64,000 nucleotides of DNA, taken from the NCBI GenBank assembly GCA_963778655.1, contig CAVZVA010000010.1, forward strand, positions 1,344,001 through 1,408,000, written 5' to 3'. Each line of letters opens with the position of its first letter. The stretch's first letter is position 1. This document shows, in pieces, positions 59,473-64,000 of the stretch. Below the pieces are notes generated by a model. That model had not been told where the DNA came from, searched no databases, and worked only from the letters and a program-made list of their open reading frames with translations. The stretch is from an uncultured delta proteobacterium (GTDB lineage Bacteria > Myxococcota_A > Polyangia > Polyangiales > JAFGIB01). The position numbers and the translations under genes were made by a program.

Positions 59473-60117
59473 ATGACCGACCCCCAGGACCGCGTTCGCT
59501 TCTACTTCAGCTTTCGCAGCCCGTATTCGTGGCTCGCGCTGCTGCGCATCGAGCAGGCCCTGCAGGCGCTGAAGGTGGCGCTCGACTATATTCCGGTGTT
59601 CCCGCCGCCCGACTTCCCGAACGACCCCGCCGCGGTGCCGAACAAGCGCAAGTACATCGAGCGCGATATCGCGCGCGTGGCGGAGGCGTACGGCTATCGC
59701 GCCCAGGCGCCGGCCAAGCTCGACACCGACTGGATCCGGCCGCACGCGGCCTTCGTGTACGCCGCGGACCAGGGCAAGGGTCCGGCCTTCGCGCGCGGGT
59801 TGTTCGAGGCGCGCTTCGTGCGCGGGCTCGACGTGGGCGAGGACGCGGTGATGGCCGAAGCGGCCGGCGGGCAAGGGCTGGACGCGCAGGCGCTGATCGC
59901 CGCCGCCGGCGACAGCGGCTACCAGACGCGGGTGGTGCAGGGGATGATCCAGGCGCTGGAGCAGGACTCCATCTTCGGCGTGCCGCTGTTCGTGTTCCGC
60001 GGCGAGCCGTTCTGGGGCAACGACCGCATCGAATGGCTGGTGCGCGCGATCCGCGTGGCCCACGGCATGGAAGTGGTGGACCTTGCCAGCGACATGCTGC
60101 GTTCGCTCGACCGCTGA
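59473..60117 (+). CDS. DsbA-like / 2-hydroxychromene-2-carboxylate isomerase family
   Basis: FYFSFRSPYSWL...IFGVPLF...FWGNDR. Confidence 0.88.
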   Translation: MTDPQDRVRFYFSFRSPYSWLALLRIEQALQALKVALDYIPVFPPPDFPNDPAAVPNKRKYIERDIARVAEAYGYRAQAPAKLDTDWIRPHAAFVYAADQGKGPAFARGLFEARFVRGLDVGEDAVMAEAAGGQGLDAQALIAAAGDSGYQTRVVQGMIQALEQDSIFGVPLFVFRGEPFWGNDRIEWLVRAIRVAHGMEVVDLASDMLRSLDR

Positions 60118-60128
60118 CGGCGGCGTGC

Positions 60129-61313
60129 TCAGTCCACGCGGTAGCGCCGCAGCGCCGGCATGCGCCAGGCGATCGCGCTCACCACCAGCAAGCAGCCGAG
60201 CCCGCCGCTGACCACGGCGAAGGTGGGGCTGGTCAGCGAGGCGACGAAGCCCGACTCGGTCGCTCCGAGCTGGTTGCTGGCGCCGATGAAGATCATATTG
60301 ACCGCGCTGACTCGGCCGCGCAGCGCGTCGGGGGTCGAGAGCTGGATCGCGGTCGAGCGCATCACCACGCTCACCTGATCGGCCATGCCCGCGAGCAGAT
60401 AGGCGCCGACCGAAAGCGGAAAGCTGAGCGAGTAGCCGAACACGATGGTGGCCAGGCCGAACACCGCCACGCTGGCCAGCAGCGCGCGGCCCGCGTTGCG
60501 CGCCGGCGGACGCAGCACCAGCACGACCGACATCGCCAGCGCGCCGAGCTCGAACGACGAGGTGAGCAGGCCGTAGCCGCGCGCGCCGGCGTGCAGGATG
60601 TCCTTGGCGAAGATCGGCAGCAGGGCGGCTGCGCCGCCGAAGATCACCGCGAACATGTCGAGCGTCATGCAGCCGAGGATCACGGGCTGCCCCCACACGA
60701 ACGACAGGCCTTCGCGAATCGCGGGCAGGCTGATCGCGCTGCGCGATGCGACCGCACCGCCGCTGCGCAGCGCCAGGATGCCGGCGAAGGCCAGCACGAT
60801 CAGCGCCAGATAGGCGGCGTAGGCGGCGGCAATGCCGGAGCGCGCGATCACCAGGCCGGCCAGCGCGGGCCCGGAGGCGAACGCCAGCGCGGTGTTGGTC
60901 GAGGAGATGGTCACCGCGCGCGGGAAGCGCTCGCGCGGCACCAGCGCGGGCAGCAGCGCGGAGCGCGCCGGCGCCTCGAACGCGCCCGCGGCCGCCGCCA
61001 CCGCCACCACGGCGTAGACCAGCGGCAGCGTGGCGTGGCCGTCGCGGGTGGCGTAGAGCAGCGCGACCGCGCAGCCCAGCAAGACCACCTGCGCGACATT
61101 GATCACGCGCCGGCGGTCGAAGCTGTCGGCCACCGCGCCGCCGACCAGGGTCAGGCCGAGCACCGGCACGAACTGCACCAGCCCCAGAAGGCCCAGGTAG
61201 AAGGCGGAATGGGACAGCTCGAACACGTGCCACGCGATCGCCGCCCGCAGCAGCGTCATCCCGGTGGCGGAAGCGAAGCGGCTGGCGAGAAATAAGTAGA
61301 AGTCGCGCGGCAC
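60129..61313 (-). CDS. MFS transporter (EntS/DHA3-like)
   Basis: GGAVADSFDRRR motif A, DMFAVIFGG, TPDALRGRV; start reset to GTG 61313. Confidence 0.88.
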   Translation of the reverse strand: MPRDFYLFLASRFASATGMTLLRAAIAWHVFELSHSAFYLGLLGLVQFVPVLGLTLVGGAVADSFDRRRVINVAQVVLLGCAVALLYATRDGHATLPLVYAVVAVAAAAGAFEAPARSALLPALVPRERFPRAVTISSTNTALAFASGPALAGLVIARSGIAAAYAAYLALIVLAFAGILALRSGGAVASRSAISLPAIREGLSFVWGQPVILGCMTLDMFAVIFGGAAALLPIFAKDILHAGARGYGLLTSSFELGALAMSVVLVLRPPARNAGRALLASVAVFGLATIVFGYSLSFPLSVGAYLLAGMADQVSVVMRSTAIQLSTPDALRGRVSAVNMIFIGASNQLGATESGFVASLTSPTFAVVSGGLGCLLVVSAIAWRMPALRRYRVD

Positions 61314-61462
61314 AGCGAGGGCGAAGCCTAACACCGCGGCGGATCGCGCAGCGCATTTCGGGCCGATGCCGCTGTGCGAAAGCCGTGCGGCCCGGCGCGC
61401 ATGGCGTAAGCTGCGAGCACGGCGCCGCCGCAAAGGCCGCGCAGCCCTGGAGCATCCCTGGT

Positions 61463-61963
61463 ATGTCCGGTCCTCGTTCCTTTTCATTCTGGCAAACCGC
61501 GCTCGGCGCGGGCGTGGTCAACGCGCTGATCAACGCGCCGCTGGCTCTGGTGCTGCTCAAGCCCGGGGCCTCGCTGCCGCTGTGGGGCCTGCCGGGTCTG
61601 GCCGCCGATCTGGTCGCGATGGCGTTCGGCATCTCGTTCGGCACCGCGATCGTGGTCACGCTGCAGACGCGCAACCGGCTGCGGCGCGGCAAGCTGCTGC
61701 CGCCCGCGATCCCCCCGCGCCTGCGCGCCTCGCTCGAGCGCTGGCCGCGCTCGCTGCCGCGCCGGGCGTGGAACCTCGGCGTGATCTCGGTGCTGCTGTT
61801 CGTGCCGCTGCCGCTGCTGGTGTTGTGGGCCTCCGGCGTGCCTGGGCTCGAGCGCACGTCGCTCGGCGTGCTCAAGGGCTGCTTCAGCTTCGTGCAGGGA
61901 GGCCTGGTGACGCCGCTGGTCGTGGTTGCCGCGCTGGTGCCCGAGCGCTCAGCCGAAAGCTGA
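61463..61963 (+). CDS. Hypothetical 4-TM membrane protein
   Basis: Four hydrophobic segments; GGAG upstream of ATG 61463. Confidence 0.65.
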   Translation: MSGPRSFSFWQTALGAGVVNALINAPLALVLLKPGASLPLWGLPGLAADLVAMAFGISFGTAIVVTLQTRNRLRRGKLLPPAIPPRLRASLERWPRSLPRRAWNLGVISVLLFVPLPLLVLWASGVPGLERTSLGVLKGCFSFVQGGLVTPLVVVAALVPERSAES

Positions 61964-62004
61964 AGCGCGCCGATCACCTGCCGTGCGCGCTGGCCGCAGC
62001 CCGC

Positions 62005-64000
62005 TCAGGGATGGCAGCCGCCGCCCATCAAGCCTTGCACGGGATTGCCGAAGCTGCCGCCCGTACACGGCCGCGCGGCGTTGTAGGCGGCATCGAAGCT
62101 GTCGTGCGCGGAGGCGAAGTCGCCGGCGTTGTACTGCGAGACACCGCCGGCGTACGACGACTCGGCCATGCTCAGCGCGGACGGATCGACGCTGGCGAAC
62201 CAGGTGGTCGCGTCGTCGATGTAGAGCCGTGTGTTGCGCATGACCGCGAACGCCAGCGAGCTGCGCAGGGCCGTCGGATCCTGCCGGCTGAATCTGGCGA
62301 GGTCGTTGTCCGCGTTCTGGCAGTAGGGATAGGCCTGGTCGAACACCAGATCCGGACCCCACACCACGCAGCCGCGCAGGTCGTTGTCGGCTCGCGTGAG
62401 CCATCTGTCGTTGCGGTACTGCTGGAGCAGGGTCTCCACCTGGTCGCGCACCGCGATGATGCGGCACTCCCACGCCAGATAGACCTCACCGAGCGCGGTC
62501 GGGCAGTAGCTGCCGACGGTGTACGAGCCGTTGTCGAGGAAGTTGCGCAGGGTGGTGGCGCCGCTATCGGCGGTCTGAATCGCGCCCGCGTAGTTGGCCG
62601 AGACGTACTGCGACTGCGCGGTCGCGAGCGTGGTGAGCGCGGACTGCACCTGGCTCTTGGTCGGCCCCGCGATCGCGCTCGTGCGGTCGATGTACTGCTG
62701 AAACATCAACGTCCCCTCGTAGCTGATCTGCTGCTCGAGGTTGGCGACCGAGGCCGCCGGGTAGCCCGCGCTCTTGGCCGACTCGATCGCCGCGACCGCC
62801 TGTTTCAGGTAGTCGACGGCGGTGTGCGGATTGCCCTGCAGATAACTGCGGTAGCCGAGGTCGAGATCGTTGCGCGCGGTCTTGAGGTTGCTCTGCTGGC
62901 TGCCCGAGGTCGCCGCCACCGCGTTGACCAGCTCGTTGAGCACGATCACGACGGCCGGTGCCACGTTGCTGCCCAGCAGTGTTTCGGGCGACGCCACCGG
63001 CACCGAGCCGGCGTGCTGTGCCGAGCCCTCGTAGCCCGACCAGGAGAACGCGCTGGTGTACGGCAGCGGGATCGAGACCACCTGCTGCGGGTACCAGGCG
63101 CCGGTCACCAGATCGAGCTTGCCGTTCTTGTCGGTGTCGCCCACCACCGGTGGCGGAAACAGCCCGGCGTTGCTGTCGTCGTAGTGGTCGAGCACGTTGA
63201 GCTGCGAATCCAGGATCGAGGTCGACGACAGCGTCGAGGTCACGATCTCCATGCGCCCGTCGAAGTCGATGTCGACGAAACCCGGCGTGCTCCAGCTGTC
63301 GGCGCCGAGGGACTTCTGCGCCAGCACCGCGCCGTCGGCGGCGCGCAGCTGGACCAGGGTGCCGTCGAGCGCCTGCACGAAGATCTCGGGCTTGCCGTCG
63401 CCGTCGGTGTCGGCGGCGGCAGGGCTGGTGTACATCAGCTGGTCGGCCGTGATCGGGGTGCGCCACAGCACGCTGCCGTCGGTGTCGAGCGCCAACACTG
63501 CGGCTGGCCCCGGATAGCCAGCCATCGCGCCCACGATCTCGAGCTGGGGGTCGGCGTCCAGGTTCATCAGCATCGGCCCGCTGCCGTAGAAGTAGTTCTC
63601 GTAGGTCGCGTACAAGTTGGGCGCGACCCACTGCTCGGTGCCATCCTCGGCGTTGAGCACGTAGATGCCGCCGCGCTGGGCGCCGCCGATCACCAGCTCC
63701 GGCTTCTTGTCGCCGTCGATGTCGCCGAGCGCGGCGTGGCCGAACGGCCAGTCTCCGTGCGCATCGTAGAGATCGTAGCTCCAGGCAGCCGCGCCCGACG
63801 GTCCGTAGACCGCTTGCACCTCGCCCGCGGAGCTTACGACGATCAGATCGTCATAGCCGTCGCCGTTGATGTCGGCGACGACCGGGCCGCCGTTGGTCAT
63901 CGACGGGTACCAGAGCGGACCGACCTGGAACAGGAGCGCGCCGCCGTCGTCGTAGACGTAGCAATAGCCGCTGTCCGAGACCTCGCAGAAGGCGACCTCG
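62005..64000 (-). CDS. FG-GAP/PQQ-like beta-propeller protein with helical C-terminus (5' end beyond window)
   Basis: Repeated DxxGDGxxE(L/I) motifs; frame stays open to the window edge. Confidence 0.82.
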   Translation of the reverse strand, partial: EVAFCEVSDSGYCYVYDDGGALLFQVGPLWYPSMTNGGPVVADINGDGYDDLIVVSSAGEVQAVYGPSGAAAWSYDLYDAHGDWPFGHAALGDIDGDKKPELVIGGAQRGGIYVLNAEDGTEQWVAPNLYATYENYFYGSGPMLMNLDADPQLEIVGAMAGYPGPAAVLALDTDGSVLWRTPITADQLMYTSPAAADTDGDGKPEIFVQALDGTLVQLRAADGAVLAQKSLGADSWSTPGFVDIDFDGRMEIVTSTLSSTSILDSQLNVLDHYDDSNAGLFPPPVVGDTDKNGKLDLVTGAWYPQQVVSIPLPYTSAFSWSGYEGSAQHAGSVPVASPETLLGSNVAPAVVIVLNELVNAVAATSGSQQSNLKTARNDLDLGYRSYLQGNPHTAVDYLKQAVAAIESAKSAGYPAASVANLEQQISYEGTLMFQQYIDRTSAIAGPTKSQVQSALTTLATAQSQYVSANYAGAIQTADSGATTLRNFLDNGSYTVGSYCPTALGEVYLAWECRIIAVRDQVETLLQQYRNDRWLTRADNDLRGCVVWGPDLVFDQAYPYCQNADNDLARFSRQDPTALRSSLAFAVMRNTRLYIDDATTWFASVDPSALSMAESSYAGGVSQYNAGDFASAHDSFDAAYNAARPCTGGSFGNPVQGLMGGGCHP

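Overview
High-GC chromosomal segment whose gene content and protein style (CdnL, TPR-PEGA, Cys/Gly-rich lipoproteins, prs-rplY-pth-rpsF-rpsR-rplI-dnaB block) suggest a Myxococcota, probably Polyangiales-like, bacterium (inference). Left: part of a type VI secretion cluster, with tssJ-tssK leftward and hcp-tssE-tssF-tssG-clpV-FHA-lipoprotein rightward. It is followed by secreted/surface proteins (M23 peptidase, ~1200-aa beta-propeller lipoprotein, TPR-PEGA). The rest is largely housekeeping: cyaY, purC, slt, isolated pntA domain I, FadL-like porin, dnaB/ribosomal block, hisIE, cdnL, recA, cinA, M16 protease pair, glmS, glycosyltransferases, lolA, bolA, fabD, MFS. The best candidate for an undescribed system is non-coding: a minus-strand unit at about 50900-51400 with upstream palindromes, a consensus sigma54 promoter, a ~290-nt RNA with seven YUAG(C)CUU-type repeats (four at exact 16-nt spacing) plus an anti-Shine-Dalgarno-like motif, and a strong intrinsic terminator. 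Also found: a shared LexA-like operator before cinA and recA, an S18 with an SSB-tail-like (GGGGY)n extension, an S6:S18 leader, and three repeat families (dispersed palindromes, a CTAG-bounded MITE, a perfect 3x97-bp tandem). No rRNA, tRNA, CRISPR array or transposase was found. All calls are by eye; no database searches were run.
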